A stretch of 64,000 nt of DNA. Source: Betaproteobacteria bacterium (lineage in GTDB: Bacteria > Pseudomonadota > Gammaproteobacteria > Burkholderiales > Usitatibacteraceae). The stretch's first letter is position 1; every line of letters begins with the position of its first letter. Shown here piece by piece: positions 39,401 through 49,466 of the stretch. The position numbers were made by a program, and so were the translations under genes. Location of the stretch: the NCBI GenBank assembly GCA_043756275.1, contig JAYURJ010000227.1, positions 208 through 64,207 on the forward strand, written 5' to 3'. The notes beneath the pieces are model-generated. The model did not search any database and was not told the DNA's origin. It saw only the letters and a list, made by a program, of their open reading frames with translations.

Positions 39401-39777
39401 TCCATATCCCAAGTTCGCACCCACTCTCTGGCCGGGGACCGGAACGTCGCGCGATCCGGATTGCGAAACGTTTTGCGATACGCCGCCATGATTTTATTGC
39501 GCGCTTCATGGGGAAGCGCGCAGGCACCCTCGTTATCTACTTTTGCCTGCACGCGCAATTGGCGAAGTGCCAATTCGGCGATGTCGAGTCTGGCGGCGGC
39601 ATCGCGATCAGAGAGTGCGTTGAGTCCTGCGCACCGCCCCGCATTTGTGGGCGTGGATTCAGCACTGATAGCACTAAGCTGGTTAGGCGGGGCCGCCACT
39701 CCAGCACAGCCAGCAATCACGATAACGACGAGCAAGCTGGAAACACCAGTGGCGATGCGCTTATGTAAGCAATTCAT
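36418..39777 (-). CDS. large BNR/Asp-box repeat (sialidase/GH74-like beta-propeller) lipoprotein with a duplicated C-terminal domain
   Basis: 1119 aa with the lipobox VVIVIAGC. At least 8 Asp-boxes are present (STNGGQSF, SIDNGITW, STNGGISW, SNNAGVNW, SVDGGANW, SVDGGITF, TNDGGATW, SENGGQTW). The C-terminus holds two ~120-aa repeats, each starting at DMWW[AG]GTA[EQ]NGWG. Confidence 0.8.
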   Translation of the reverse strand: MNCLHKRIATGVSSLLVVIVIAGCAGVAAPPNQLSAISAESTPTNAGRCAGLNALSDRDAAARLDIAELALRQLRVQAKVDNEGACALPHEARNKIMAAYRKTFRNPDRATFRSPAREWVRTWDMDEFGRMPTSTDILRAESARKALVATRIGSGVGEQARNLAAGISAGGWSFLGPGNIGGRLRAVLIDPRDPNRIMVGASTGGIWLSTNGGQSFSAVADFLGNIVIGTMAVDPVNPNTIYAGTGEGFTAYQGVGVFKSIDNGITWTHLNSTSTDTSINPSGLDWWFVNRIAVSPANPQIVLAGTTTGTGSGGTTANGKVYRSTNGGISWSKVAEFQGLDVKFDPNNPDNAIVGSDDGYVYYSNNAGVNWTQSAQLVSTPVGRGSPRSARIELDYARSAPGTVYASVDNNAESSATNVRGQVWKSVDGGANWTLLAEPKHLSEQGDYDNALWVSPIDDRHLIVGGLDLHQSVDGGITFERISTWSQAFPGGAQPHADHHIIVHAPNYSASNPVVYFGNDGGLYRSTNVFAASANSNSSWQNLNNNLGVTQFYGGAGKRSAGGKIIGGTQDNGSLAYSVGTNWERTAGGDGGFAAVDPIDDTTIYGEYVYASVHRKVGQASRQFICNGITEALKDSNIAYCGATNAETARANFIAPFIVDPNNRDRMLVGANSLWLSTNVRAPVPAWNAIKAPITINGISTYYINAIAVYERDSNVIWVGHNSPGQIWKTTDGLSATPTWVQVGSGILPSGTVSRLTIDPDNPNRAWVTYTGFTSGRLWQTNDGGATWQNIHGNLPNVSLHDIKRHPTQTNWLYVAAANGVYTSENGGQTWSTSNDGPASVRVRELFWYDQTTLVAVTYGRGMFRTTVAGAGPANYSDMWWAGTAENGWGMSIQQHGQIQLNAIYVYDNAGKPIWYVLPGGMWNSDFTTYSGPIYQPASAPLNNYNAAQFQVGAAVGNISINFTSNSTALLQYVINGVSGQKSIQRQVFGRGTSPITVGDMWWGGTAQNGWGISITQQAGILFGAWYTYGPDGKATWYVMTDGIWSGNTYTGNFFSTTSSAWLGVAYDPSQLKVVPPDGKTGTLTLNFSDANNATMTYTFNAGPFAGITQTKPIVRQPY

Positions 39778-39901
39778 AAGATTCTCTTTGCAATCGATAC
39801 AAAATTTTACTCTCTACCAACGGAACCGGTGCGGCGTGCGCGATGGATTTTGTGCACGACATGAGTAGATACGAACGAACGCCGCAGCTGGATGAAATGA
39901 A

Positions 39902-42900
39902 CTACAAAAGCACGCGTTCAATACCGCCGTTGTTGGCGTTGGCAACGTATTGCCTCATCCAGTCCGCCCCGAGCACGTGCGTGGCGATTTCGACCACGAT
40001 GTAGTCGGCCGTTGTGCCGCTGTCGTTGTCAAAGCGCGATAATCCCTGCAAACACGACGGACAAGAAGTGAGTATTTTCACGTCGCCTTTGAAACCATCC
40101 GTGCGCAATGTGTCTGCACCTTTGCGCATTTCTTCTTCCTTGCGGTAACGCACTTGCGTGGAAATATCGGCGCGCGTCGCAGCAAGCGTGCCGGATTCAC
40201 CGCAACAACGTTCGTTCTGCATCACTGTAGCCCCCATCAATTCATTCACCACCTTCAGCGGCTGGTAGGTTTTCATCGGCGAGTGGCAGGGATCGTGATA
40301 CATGTAGCGCGTGCCAGTAACGCCTTCCAGCTTCATGCCTTTTTCCATCAGGTATTCATGAATGTCGAGCAATCGGCAGCCCGGAAATATTTTTTCAAAT
40401 TCATATTTTTGCAATTGATCCATGCAGGTGCCGCAAGAAACAATCACAGTTTTAATATCGAGATAGTTCAGCGTATTGGCAACGCGATGAAATAACACGC
40501 GGTTGTCGGTAATGATTTCCTGGCCTTTGTCGGCGTTTCCCGATGCCGTCTGCGGATAGCCACAACAGAGATATCCGGGCGGCAATACCGTTTGCACACC
40601 GACGTGATAAAGCATCGCTTGCGTCGCCAGCCCCACCTGGCCAAACAGCCGTTCAGATCCACAACCTGGGAAATAGAACACGGCTTCGGCGTCCACGCCC
40701 GCCTTTTGCGCATCACGGATGATCGGTATGACTTTGTTGTCTTCAATATCGAGCAAAGCGCGAGCGGTTTTTTTCGGCAACCCTCCCGGCATTGGCTTGT
40801 TGATGAAATGGATGATCTGCGCCTTGATTAAGGGCTTACCAACGGTGGCGGGCGGACGTTTGGTCTGCATTTGCGGCAGCAGGAATTTCTTTGCAAGCGA
40901 ATGCGCAACACGCTGAACTTTGTAGCCCCAGTCGATCATCAGGGTCTTGACGATCTTGATCGTGGTGGGGTCGGTGGCGTTGAGGTAGAACATCGCGGCC
41001 GCCGTGCCGGGATTGAATTTCTTTTTACCTTCCTTGCGCAACAGATTTCGCATCGCCACCGAGACATTGCCAAAATCAATATCCACCGGACACGGGCTTT
41101 CGCATTTATGGCAAACCGTGCAGTGGTCTGCCACATCGGAGAATTCATCAAAGTGACGCAACGAAACACCGCGCCGCGTTTGTTCTTCATAGAGAAAGGC
41201 TTCGATCAGCAACGAAGTGGCGAGGATTTTATTGCGCGGGCTGTAGAGCAGGTTGGCGCGCGGAACATGCGTGGCGCATACCGGTTTACATTTGCCACAA
41301 CGCAAACAATCCTTGATGGAATCGGCAATCGCGCCGATATCAGACTGCTCAAGAATCAATGATTCCGCACCGAGCAAACCAAAGCTGGGCGTGTAGGCAC
41401 GCCCCATATCGCCACCCGGCAACAACTTGCCGGCGTTGAATCGACCCTCAGGGTCAACGCGCTGCTTGTAGTCGATGAACGGCTGCTTTTCTTCCGTGGT
41501 CAGGAATTCAAATTTTGTAATGCCAATGCCGTGTTCACCCGATATGACACCATTCAGTTTCCGCGCAAACGCCATGATGCGGGCCACCGCAGCGTTGGCT
41601 TCTTGCAGCATCGCATAGTCATCAGAATTGACCGGGATATTGGTGTGCACATTGCCGTCCCCGGCATGCATGTGCAGCGCTACAAATACGCGGCTGTGCA
41701 ATATTTGCTTATGAATCGCATCGAGTTTTTCTTGCAGCTTGACGAACACGCGGCCCGAAAATATCTCGTGCAGGTGCTGACGAATTTCGAGTTTCCATGA
41801 GGTGCGAATCTGGTGGGTTTGCAGCAAATCAAATAGGGTCAATCCTGGATTTGCTTCAGGCACGAGCGTAATGGCGGCTTCTACATCGACCGCGCGAAGT
41901 GCAGATTGAATCGCGGCAAGCGGCTGATCCAGATTATCGAGGTAGCACTGCCATCGTGCGCCGACTGCGCGTAGCAAATCCAGCGCATCCTGGCGTTTTG
42001 AGCCGATCAATTCATCCTGCGAGATTTTTTCGTCGCCCTCGTCCAGCGGCAATCGTCCCTGCATGAAGGTAATCAACGCCTCAACCAACCGCAGTTTGTT
42101 CTTGAGCGAAAGCTCAATGTTGATGTGCTCGATACCGTCGGAATAGTCGCCGAGGCGGTCGAGCGGGATGACCACGTCCTCGTTGATTTTGAAGGCGTTG
42201 GTGTGTTTGGCGATGGCCGCAGTGCGGGCACGATCCAGCCAGAATTTTTTGCGTGCGTCTGGTGTCACCGCGATAAAACCCTCGCCGTGACGCGCATTGG
42301 CGAGCCTTACCACTGCGCTGGCCGCTTCCATTACGGCGTTTTCGTTGTCCGACACAATGTCGCCGATCAGCACCATTTTCGGTCGCTGATTGCGGCGCGA
42401 TTTGGTCGCGTAACCCACCGCCTTCAGATAACGTTCGTCGAGGTGCTCAAGGCCGGCAAGGACGGCGTGTTCATGGCCATCCAGAAAATCCTTGATTTCG
42501 ACAATCGTCGGCACTGCTTCTTTGACCTGCCCAAAGAATTCCAGACACACCGTACGAATATGTTTGGGCATGCGGTGCAGCACAAAGCGCGCTGACGTAA
42601 TGATGCCGTCGCAGCCTTCTTTTTGAATGCCAGGAAGTCCGGCGAGAAATTTATCGGTGACATCTTTCCCCAAACCGGTTTTGCGAAACGCTGCGCCGGG
42701 GATCTCAAGCGTTTCTTCAGTTTTGAGTTTTTTACCGGTTTCATCGAACGTGCGAATGCGAAACTTCGCCACGTCCACATCGTGAATCTTGCCCATGTTG
42801 TGTTCGAGGCGCTCGACCTCCATCCATTCGGCCTTCGGCGTGACCATCTTCCAGGAGGCGAGATTGTCCAGCGCGGTGCCCCATAACACCGCTTTCTTGC

Positions 42901-43897
42901 CGCCTGCGTTCATGGCCACATTGCCGCCAATACAGCTCGCATCCGCACTCGTCGGGTCGCAGGCCCATACCAGCCCTGACAACTCTGCGGCTTCCATCGC
43001 GCGCTTGGTCACGACGCCAGCTTCGCAGTGAATAGTGGCGACGGGCTCGGTCATGCCCGGCAACGTGATCCGTTCCACACCACCAAGCGCGTCGAGTTTT
43101 TCGGTGTTGATGACTGCCGAGCGTTTGGTGAGCGGAATAGCGCCACCGGTGTAGCCAGTGCCACCGCCGCGCGGAATGATGGTGAGGCCCAGCTCGATCA
43201 AGGCTTTGACGAGTGGCGCGATTTCGTCTTCGCTATCCGGATGCAACACCACGAACGGGTATTCGACGCGCCAGTCGGTGGCATCGGTGACATGTGAAAC
43301 TCGCGCAAGGCCGTCGAAAGCAATATTGTCTTTGCGCGTTACTTTGAGCAAACGTTTCTCGACTTTTTTGCGGAAGTCCCACGTGTCCGCAAAATCTTTC
43401 TCGAAAGCGTTTACCGCCCTGTAGGCACGTTTTAACAGCTCGATCACTTTATTGGAGCGGGACTCCAGTTCCGCATCAAGCAACGCGTCGCTTTTGTCCT
43501 GATCAAGTTGCCGACGCTTCTCGATTTCGCCGAGTCGATGGCGCATCGCGGCCGCAAGCGCGTAGCGGCGCTTGGGATTGTCGAGCATGTCCTCCTGCAA
43601 ATAAGGATTGCGCTCGACCACCCAGATGTCACCCAGCACTTCGTAGAGCATGCGGGCACTGCGCCCAGTTTTTCGTTCGCCGCGCAGCTCAAGCAAAATA
43701 TCCCATGCATCCCGTCCGAGCAAGCGCATGACGATTTCACGGTCGGAAAACGAGGTGTAGTTATAGGGAATCTCGCGCAATCGCACACCGTCGGCATCGG
43801 CAGGCTCATCGGTCCTGGCGTCGGACGCAAATGGCAATACCGCGCCATTTTTTCTAGCGGATTTGGCAATCGGTGGATAGGCGGGGTTGGCGGCCAT
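39902..43897 (-). CDS. fused DUF3683 / FAD-linked oxidase (GlcD-like) / Fe-S oxidoreductase (GlcF-like) protein
   Basis: 1331 aa. The N-terminus has [16 protein letters not shown] and is followed by an FAD-binding PCMH-type domain. Two ferredoxin-type clusters are present ([23 protein letters not shown]), along with C-terminal CCG Cys-rich repeats. Confidence 0.8.
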   Translation of the reverse strand: MAANPAYPPIAKSARKNGAVLPFASDARTDEPADADGVRLREIPYNYTSFSDREIVMRLLGRDAWDILLELRGERKTGRSARMLYEVLGDIWVVERNPYLQEDMLDNPKRRYALAAAMRHRLGEIEKRRQLDQDKSDALLDAELESRSNKVIELLKRAYRAVNAFEKDFADTWDFRKKVEKRLLKVTRKDNIAFDGLARVSHVTDATDWRVEYPFVVLHPDSEDEIAPLVKALIELGLTIIPRGGGTGYTGGAIPLTKRSAVINTEKLDALGGVERITLPGMTEPVATIHCEAGVVTKRAMEAAELSGLVWACDPTSADASCIGGNVAMNAGGKKAVLWGTALDNLASWKMVTPKAEWMEVERLEHNMGKIHDVDVAKFRIRTFDETGKKLKTEETLEIPGAAFRKTGLGKDVTDKFLAGLPGIQKEGCDGIITSARFVLHRMPKHIRTVCLEFFGQVKEAVPTIVEIKDFLDGHEHAVLAGLEHLDERYLKAVGYATKSRRNQRPKMVLIGDIVSDNENAVMEAASAVVRLANARHGEGFIAVTPDARKKFWLDRARTAAIAKHTNAFKINEDVVIPLDRLGDYSDGIEHINIELSLKNKLRLVEALITFMQGRLPLDEGDEKISQDELIGSKRQDALDLLRAVGARWQCYLDNLDQPLAAIQSALRAVDVEAAITLVPEANPGLTLFDLLQTHQIRTSWKLEIRQHLHEIFSGRVFVKLQEKLDAIHKQILHSRVFVALHMHAGDGNVHTNIPVNSDDYAMLQEANAAVARIMAFARKLNGVISGEHGIGITKFEFLTTEEKQPFIDYKQRVDPEGRFNAGKLLPGGDMGRAYTPSFGLLGAESLILEQSDIGAIADSIKDCLRCGKCKPVCATHVPRANLLYSPRNKILATSLLIEAFLYEEQTRRGVSLRHFDEFSDVADHCTVCHKCESPCPVDIDFGNVSVAMRNLLRKEGKKKFNPGTAAAMFYLNATDPTTIKIVKTLMIDWGYKVQRVAHSLAKKFLLPQMQTKRPPATVGKPLIKAQIIHFINKPMPGGLPKKTARALLDIEDNKVIPIIRDAQKAGVDAEAVFYFPGCGSERLFGQVGLATQAMLYHVGVQTVLPPGYLCCGYPQTASGNADKGQEIITDNRVLFHRVANTLNYLDIKTVIVSCGTCMDQLQKYEFEKIFPGCRLLDIHEYLMEKGMKLEGVTGTRYMYHDPCHSPMKTYQPLKVVNELMGATVMQNERCCGESGTLAATRADISTQVRYRKEEEMRKGADTLRTDGFKGDVKILTSCPSCLQGLSRFDNDSGTTADYIVVEIATHVLGADWMRQYVANANNGGIERVLL

Positions 43898-44110
43898 GGG
43901 GGTATCGGATTCGATGCAAAGTGAATGAATTTATAGGGCAACTTCATTCTACCGCAGTGCAGCAAAAATTGACTTACATCAATCGGGGTTATAGATGCAG
44001 CCAAATCCGGCGGCAGCTCCCAAAGCATGGCATGTGGGCCGCAAACAACGGTTGGCACTAGGCTGCGTGATAAAATTTTAAGCTGCTTATTATTTCGGCC
44101 CTTGCGTGCC

Positions 44111-45061
44111 ATGCCCCAGACCCCAGACCTGATCAGAATTGCCTCTCGCGAGAGCCGTCTTGCGATGGTTCAAAGCGAATGGACAGCCGCAAAATTGCGC
44201 TCGCTCTACCCCGGCGCGCGGGTCGAGATCATCGGCATGACCACCAGAGGCGACCAAATCCTCGATAAGCCCTTAGCCCAAATTGGCGGAAAGGGGTTGT
44301 TCATCAAAGAGCTTGAAACCGCCCTCGAAGAAGGCCGTGCAGATATCGCTGTGCATTCGATGAAAGACGTGCCGATGACGCTGCCGCCGGGGTTTTCGGC
44401 CATCATCGTCGGTGATCGCGAGGACGTGCGCGATGCGTTTGTGTCGAACCGGTTTGCGAGCATCGAGTCGTTGCCGCAGGGCGCGGTCGTCGGCACCTCG
44501 AGTCTGCGGCGTGAAAGCCAATTGCGCTACGCGCGGCCGGACCTGAAAATTGAAGCATTGCGTGGCAACGTCAATACCCGGCTCGCCAAGCTGGATGCCG
44601 ACAATTTTGATGCCATTATTCTTGCCGCAGCGGGCTTAAAGCGATTGGGTTTCGCAGATCGCATCCGGGACAGTCTGCCGCCCGCCAATTACCTGCCAGC
44701 CATCGCACAGGGTGCGCTTGGCATCGAGTATCAAACAGCGCGAACCGACATTGCCACCTGGCTGTCTGCATTTGCAAACGAAACTACCACTGCGCTCGTC
44801 AACGCAGAGCGTGCCTTCGGACGCGCCCTGACCGCGAGCTGTGATGTGCCGCTGGGCGCACATGCCACGCTGGTTGATGGCGGCATTTCAATCGATGGCT
44901 TCGTGGCGATGCCGGACGGCAGCCATATGATCCGTCGTGTCATGACCGGGCCACTCGCGAGTGCAGAATCGCTAGGCAGCGCGTTAGCGCTAGCGCTTAT
45001 TGAAGAAGGTGCCAGAGATATTTTGGCAACACTGTCCCGACACAGCCGAAATGCAGACTGA
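44111..45061 (+). CDS. hemC: hydroxymethylbilane synthase
   Basis: From ATG 44111 the sequence reads MPQTPDLIRIASRESRLAMVQ...GMTTRGDQILD...GGKGLFIKELE. Confidence 0.93.
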   Translation: MPQTPDLIRIASRESRLAMVQSEWTAAKLRSLYPGARVEIIGMTTRGDQILDKPLAQIGGKGLFIKELETALEEGRADIAVHSMKDVPMTLPPGFSAIIVGDREDVRDAFVSNRFASIESLPQGAVVGTSSLRRESQLRYARPDLKIEALRGNVNTRLAKLDADNFDAIILAAAGLKRLGFADRIRDSLPPANYLPAIAQGALGIEYQTARTDIATWLSAFANETTTALVNAERAFGRALTASCDVPLGAHATLVDGGISIDGFVAMPDGSHMIRRVMTGPLASAESLGSALALALIEEGARDILATLSRHSRNAD

Positions 45062-45857
45062 GCACTCATTGCAGGGGCTGACATTAGTCGTTACACGCCC
45101 TCGCGCCCAAGCCGCCCGTACCGCAAGCATCTTGCGAAATGCGGGCGCCGACATCATCGAATTTCCGGTTCTCGATATCGCACCGATTGAGGCATCGCTC
45201 GCACCGCACGACCTGGCAAGTGCATCCGGCGTTATCTTTGTGAGTGCCAACGCGGTGGCATATGGCGTGCCGGTGCTTCGACATGCTGGTGACATCGCAC
45301 CTGATATTCAAATATTTGCCATCGGACGCGCCACGGCGACAGCGCTGATGGATAGAGGCGTACAGAATGTTGTGTCACCGCAACAAAGCATCGACAGCGA
45401 AGGCCTATTAGCGCTCCCGCAATTGCGCACGGTGGAGGGGCGACATATTATCCTTGTGAAAGGGCAGAGTGAACTTGGGGGGCGTACCCTGCTGGAGCAA
45501 ACATTGACCGCGCGTGGTGCCCGCGTGACGGTGCTTGAGTGTTATCGTCGGGCACCGATTATGCCGTCGCTGGCTGCGCGGGAATCGTTACAAGATGCGC
45601 TTATGTCCGACCGCGTGCATGGCTGCTTTGCCCTGAGTGTTGAAACACTGGATAGTCTGATGAATATTTTTGCAATCATGCACGTTTCACCGCAAACACG
45701 GATGGGGATGGTATTGCTGGTGTCACATTCACGCGTCGCGGATGCCGCACGGGCGCGCGGTTTCGACAAAATTGCCAAAGTGCCGTTGGCCGAGGAAGCA
45801 TTAACGGCAACACTGGCGACATTAAAGCCGCGATTGCTTAATCCCCTTACCTTTTAA
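45051..45857 (+). CDS. hemD: uroporphyrinogen-III synthase
   Basis: From ATG 45051 the sequence reads MQTEHSLQGLTLVVTRP. It overlaps the hemC end by 11 nt and sits in hemC-hemD-hemX-hemY synteny. Confidence 0.8.
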   Translation: MQTEHSLQGLTLVVTRPRAQAARTASILRNAGADIIEFPVLDIAPIEASLAPHDLASASGVIFVSANAVAYGVPVLRHAGDIAPDIQIFAIGRATATALMDRGVQNVVSPQQSIDSEGLLALPQLRTVEGRHIILVKGQSELGGRTLLEQTLTARGARVTVLECYRRAPIMPSLAARESLQDALMSDRVHGCFALSVETLDSLMNIFAIMHVSPQTRMGMVLLVSHSRVADAARARGFDKIAKVPLAEEALTATLATLKPRLLNPLTF

Positions 45858-45860
45858 GTC

Positions 45861-46901
45861 ATGGACGAGCTCAATCTCAAACCTGTCACCTCGGCCACTA
45901 CCTCCGGAATGGGGGTCATCGTGCTGGCGGTGGCGCTAGCGGGTCTCGCCATCGGCATCTGGGCGTGGTGGGATGCGCGCGATTCCGCACAGACACTCAC
46001 CCAAACCGTCGGCGTGAAACTAGCCGAACAGAGCAAGCTACAAACTCAAACCGCCGTGCTGGTGGAGCAAATGCAGAAGGAACTGCGCGAATCCCAAAGT
46101 CGCGTCGCGCAGTTGGAGGGCAAACTCGCCGAGTTTCAAGGACAGCGCGTGGCGCTCGAGGAAATGACCCGCGATCTGGCGCGCGCACCGGATGACTGGT
46201 TGCTGGCCGAGATTGAGCAAACGCTCAATATTGCCAGCCGTGAACTGGTGCTTGCCGCCAACGTACGTGCGGCGTTGATTGCTTTGCAAACCGCCGATCA
46301 GCGTTTGGCGCGTGCCGATAAATTGCAGGTCGTGCAATTGCGCCGCGCCATTACGCAGGACATGGAACGTCTCAAGGCGCTGCCACTGGTCGACACCGTC
46401 GGCATCAGCCTGAAGCTCGATAACTTGATGGTGCTCGCCGCGACGCTGCCCTTGTCGATCCCGGATGCGACGGCAGGCGGCGCGCCAGCGGCCCGCGATG
46501 CGCGCGCCACTGATGCGGGCGAGAACATGGCGCTGCGTTTTGGTCGGGACCTCTGGTTTGAAATGAAGCAACTGATCCGCATCCGTGAGCTCGACAGCGG
46601 CGATGTCGCGCTGCTTTCCCCGCAACAGAGTTATTTCCTGCGCGAAAATTTGAAGTTGCGGTTGCTTTCAGCGCGCACTTCACTCATCGCGCGCGACGAC
46701 GTGAACTACAAAGAAGACTTGAAGCTGGTGCGTGGCATGCTGACCAAATATTTCGATCCAAAGGCGAAGGTCAATACCAACGCGCTCGCGATGCTAAAGC
46801 AGTTGGCCGAAAATCCTGTGTCGATTGCGCCGCCTGACATCACCACCAGCCTGAATGCTGCGCGGGCAGCACGCGCCGCGCGTGAACGGCCGCAACGCTG
46901 A
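45861..46901 (+). CDS. hemX: HemX-type membrane protein (often annotated uroporphyrinogen-III C-methyltransferase)
   Basis: 346 aa with one N-terminal TM helix and a long coiled-coil. Its position after hemD supports the call. Confidence 0.75.
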   Translation: MDELNLKPVTSATTSGMGVIVLAVALAGLAIGIWAWWDARDSAQTLTQTVGVKLAEQSKLQTQTAVLVEQMQKELRESQSRVAQLEGKLAEFQGQRVALEEMTRDLARAPDDWLLAEIEQTLNIASRELVLAANVRAALIALQTADQRLARADKLQVVQLRRAITQDMERLKALPLVDTVGISLKLDNLMVLAATLPLSIPDATAGGAPAARDARATDAGENMALRFGRDLWFEMKQLIRIRELDSGDVALLSPQQSYFLRENLKLRLLSARTSLIARDDVNYKEDLKLVRGMLTKYFDPKAKVNTNALAMLKQLAENPVSIAPPDITTSLNAARAARAARERPQR

Positions 46902-46909
46902 ACGCTGAT

Positions 46910-48103
46910 ATGACCAGTCGCCCGATTCGCCTGGCCTTGTGGGTGCTAGCTCTTGCAGCGCTGGCGGTCGCGCTCGCCCTGGCTGGGCGTTACGGCAGTG
47001 GCTACGCGGTGTTTGTGCTGCCGCCATGGCGCGCCGAATTGTCGATCATGCTGTTCGTGATTCTGCAATTGGTGTTATTTGCAGCGGCTTACTTGCTGGT
47101 TCAATTAGCCGTTAAAACATATCGGCTGCCGCGCCAGATCCGTAAAAACAAAATCGAGCATGAGCGGGCCAAATCACGCGACCTGCTCTTGGAAAGCATG
47201 CAGCTTCTATTTTCAGGCGAGTTCCGCGAAGCAGAAGCGCGCGCGCGCACGGCATTGCAGCACGACGACACACGCGACATGGCTGCCGCCATTGCAGCTT
47301 GGGCGGCATACGAGGGTGGTAATTCCGGCGCGGCGGTACCGTATCTGGACCACATCCGCAATGAAGGCTCGACACGCATGCGCGATGCATCGAAAGCCTA
47401 CATGCTGCTGGCTGATGGCAAGGCCGAAGCGGCGCTGTCACTATTGAACAACCTTGCCGCGAGCGACCCGAAAAATCCGGGTGTGCTGAAGATGAAAGTC
47501 GAAGCCGAAGTCGCCGGCAAGGCGTGGGAAGATGTGCTCGTCACACTGGCACCGCTAACGCGATCAGGCATGCTGCCAGAGGGCGCTGCGCAGCAAATCC
47601 GGCTGAATGCCGAACTCAATTTGATCAAATCAAAACCCGCGAATCCGGAAGCGATTACGGATGCGTGGAAAGCGTTTACCCGTGAATCGCGATATGACGC
47701 GCTGATGAGCGCGACCGTTGCCAAACGGCTGCTGACATTGGGCTGTGGCAATGAAGCCAAAGATGTCATTGAAGAAACGATTGAAGAGCGCGGTGCCGAT
47801 GGCTGGGACAGCGGGCTCGTGGCTATTTATGCTGATTGCAAAACCGATTCGACGCTGGCGCAAATTGAACGCGCCGAACGCTGGCTGCGGCAACACGCGC
47901 GCGATGCCGTGTTGCTGGCCACGCTGGGTAAGCTTTGCATGCGTCAGGCGCTGTGGGGCAAGGCGCAAAGCTATCTCGAAGCCAGTGTTGCTCTCGAGCC
48001 CACGCTGGATGCGCACATGACATTGGCGCGCTTGATGGAGCAGCTTGGGCGCAATGATGAAGCGATTCGTCACGTCAGGCGAAGTGCAGAACTTGCCAGA
48101 TAA
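46910..48103 (+). CDS. hemY: HemY-type TPR membrane protein
   Basis: 397 aa with two N-terminal TM helices and TPR-like repeats. Its position after hemX supports the call. Confidence 0.75.
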   Translation: MTSRPIRLALWVLALAALAVALALAGRYGSGYAVFVLPPWRAELSIMLFVILQLVLFAAAYLLVQLAVKTYRLPRQIRKNKIEHERAKSRDLLLESMQLLFSGEFREAEARARTALQHDDTRDMAAAIAAWAAYEGGNSGAAVPYLDHIRNEGSTRMRDASKAYMLLADGKAEAALSLLNNLAASDPKNPGVLKMKVEAEVAGKAWEDVLVTLAPLTRSGMLPEGAAQQIRLNAELNLIKSKPANPEAITDAWKAFTRESRYDALMSATVAKRLLTLGCGNEAKDVIEETIEERGADGWDSGLVAIYADCKTDSTLAQIERAERWLRQHARDAVLLATLGKLCMRQALWGKAQSYLEASVALEPTLDAHMTLARLMEQLGRNDEAIRHVRRSAELAR

Positions 48104-48116
48104 TATTGCTAACACA

Positions 48117-48179
48117 AGCACTGGCGCGGCTTATGGCGGCATTTAGGCCTGAAAGCCTCACCATATGGCGTTATATGTT
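48117..48179 (+). repeat. copy G (diverged) of the ~65-bp intergenic repeat family
   Basis: Sequence AGCACTGGCGCGGCTT...GGCCTGAAAGCCTCACCATATGGCGTTATATGTT, starting 13 nt after the hemY stop. Confidence 0.45.
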
Positions 48180-48474
48180 AATTTGTGCTCGTAAAGTAGG
48201 TCTTGCAATTCTTATTGATGTCTGGCGCTATTTCCTCTCCTCGTGCCTAAGCTCCAATCTTGTTTCCGGTTCCTGCGCTAGAATATTCGTTGATCGAAGC
48301 TTGGCGGCGCCAAGCCATTTCATGCATGGACACCTTCCAGACCGGCTCGGCCAACAACACGATGTATCGAGGCTAGCGACTTTTAACGGCACGCATCGTG
48401 CCAGAAAAAGAAATTGTTCTTGTATGCCCGTTTGTTTTTATTGAATATTCACACAGCGATCCTGGGGGAATGAA

Positions 48475-49278
48475 ATGAAGAAAATATCGAAAGCAATTTT
48501 GCTTGTAACCATGTTGATGTTGAGCGCTGTACGTATTGCCGGCGCAGTCACCGACGGCAGTCTGGACGGGAATGGCCATCCCCATGTTGGCCTGCTGATT
48601 TTTGATGTGGGTGGTTCCCCGGCCTTCCGATGTAGCGGTACGTTGCTTTCGCCCACCGTATTGCTGACGGCGGGACATTGTACCGATGGCGCCGACGGAG
48701 GTCGGGTATGGTTTGAAGCCGATGTTCAAACCAATCAGGTCGCGTTGGGTTATCCATTTGGTGGCGCGACCAGCGTCGAGTTTTGCGGGATTGCCACACA
48801 TCCGCAATTCGGCGAAGGCTCCTTCGTGCTCCACGACGTCGGGGTTGTGACGCTTTGCACGCCGGTGGCAAGGGCTACTTACGGCGTACTTCCTTCTGTA
48901 AACCAGCTTGATGCGTTAGCTAGAAGACGCGGAGCGCAGGATGTCACCTTCACCGCAGTCGGTTATGGCGGTCAGAAGAGTTTCCCGGATGCGGCCTCGT
49001 TCCAAAACTCATTTTTGAAAATCCGCATGGTGGCGACACCGAAATTGAATCAGATCAACACCGGATTTACCGGCAATTTTTCATTGTTGCTATCGAACAA
49101 TGCCCATACCGGTGGCACCTGTTTTGGTGACTCGGGGGGGGCGAATTTTCTGGGTGGCAGCAACATTGTTGCCGCCGTGACGTCCTTCGGAATCAACGGT
49201 AATTGCGCGGGAACCGGTGGTGTCTTCCGCCTGGATCGTCAAAACGTACTGGATTTCGTCAATTCGTTTCTCCATTAA
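48475..49278 (+). CDS. secreted trypsin-like (S1 family) serine protease
   Basis: 267 aa with a signal peptide. The catalytic triad context is TAGHC (His), LHDVGVV (Asp) and CFGDSGG (Ser). A GGGGA RBS precedes the start. Confidence 0.85.
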   Translation: MKKISKAILLVTMLMLSAVRIAGAVTDGSLDGNGHPHVGLLIFDVGGSPAFRCSGTLLSPTVLLTAGHCTDGADGGRVWFEADVQTNQVALGYPFGGATSVEFCGIATHPQFGEGSFVLHDVGVVTLCTPVARATYGVLPSVNQLDALARRRGAQDVTFTAVGYGGQKSFPDAASFQNSFLKIRMVATPKLNQINTGFTGNFSLLLSNNAHTGGTCFGDSGGANFLGGSNIVAAVTSFGINGNCAGTGGVFRLDRQNVLDFVNSFLH

Positions 49279-49305
49279 CGAACAGTTTATTTGGCAGTAA
49301 AAACG

Positions 49306-49337
49306 GAGGGCTGCCTGCGGGCAGCCCTCTTCCATTT
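49306..49337 (+). terminator. intrinsic terminator after the S1 protease gene
   Basis: A perfect 10-bp stem pairs GAGGGCTGCC with GGCAGCCCTC around the loop TGCG. It is followed by TTCCATTT, which is a modest U-tract. Confidence 0.6.
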
Positions 49338-49466
49338 AGTAGGTTGGCAGGAACAGGTCTTTCAAAATCAGATATCCGCGTCGATGTTATATTGAAAGAT
49401 CCCGTTGCCTTTGCTGAGGTTCCCCAGCAGTTATCTCACGGGATGAAGCCGGATCTGATGCCCGCT

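Noticed and set aside
44053-44067. A sigma-54-like sequence, TGGCACTAGGCTGCG, upstream of hemC.
   Set aside because: The GG to GC spacing is one base too short: the GC falls at positions 13-14 of the motif, not the required 14-15. Sigma-54 promoters do not tolerate this, and hemC is not a known RpoN target.
48160-48186. A dif/XerD-arm-like sequence, ATATGTTAATT, just after hemY.
   Set aside because: Only the XerD-arm half resembles the dif consensus TTATGTTAAAT (9/11). The XerC arm is absent (about 1/11 match). The segment is better explained as the diverged tail of the 65-bp repeat.
48106-48444. A 112-aa ORF filling the hemY-protease spacer.
   Set aside because: It has no RBS, is Cys/Ser/Leu-rich with no motif, overlaps a repeat copy, and sits in the AT-richer leader region.
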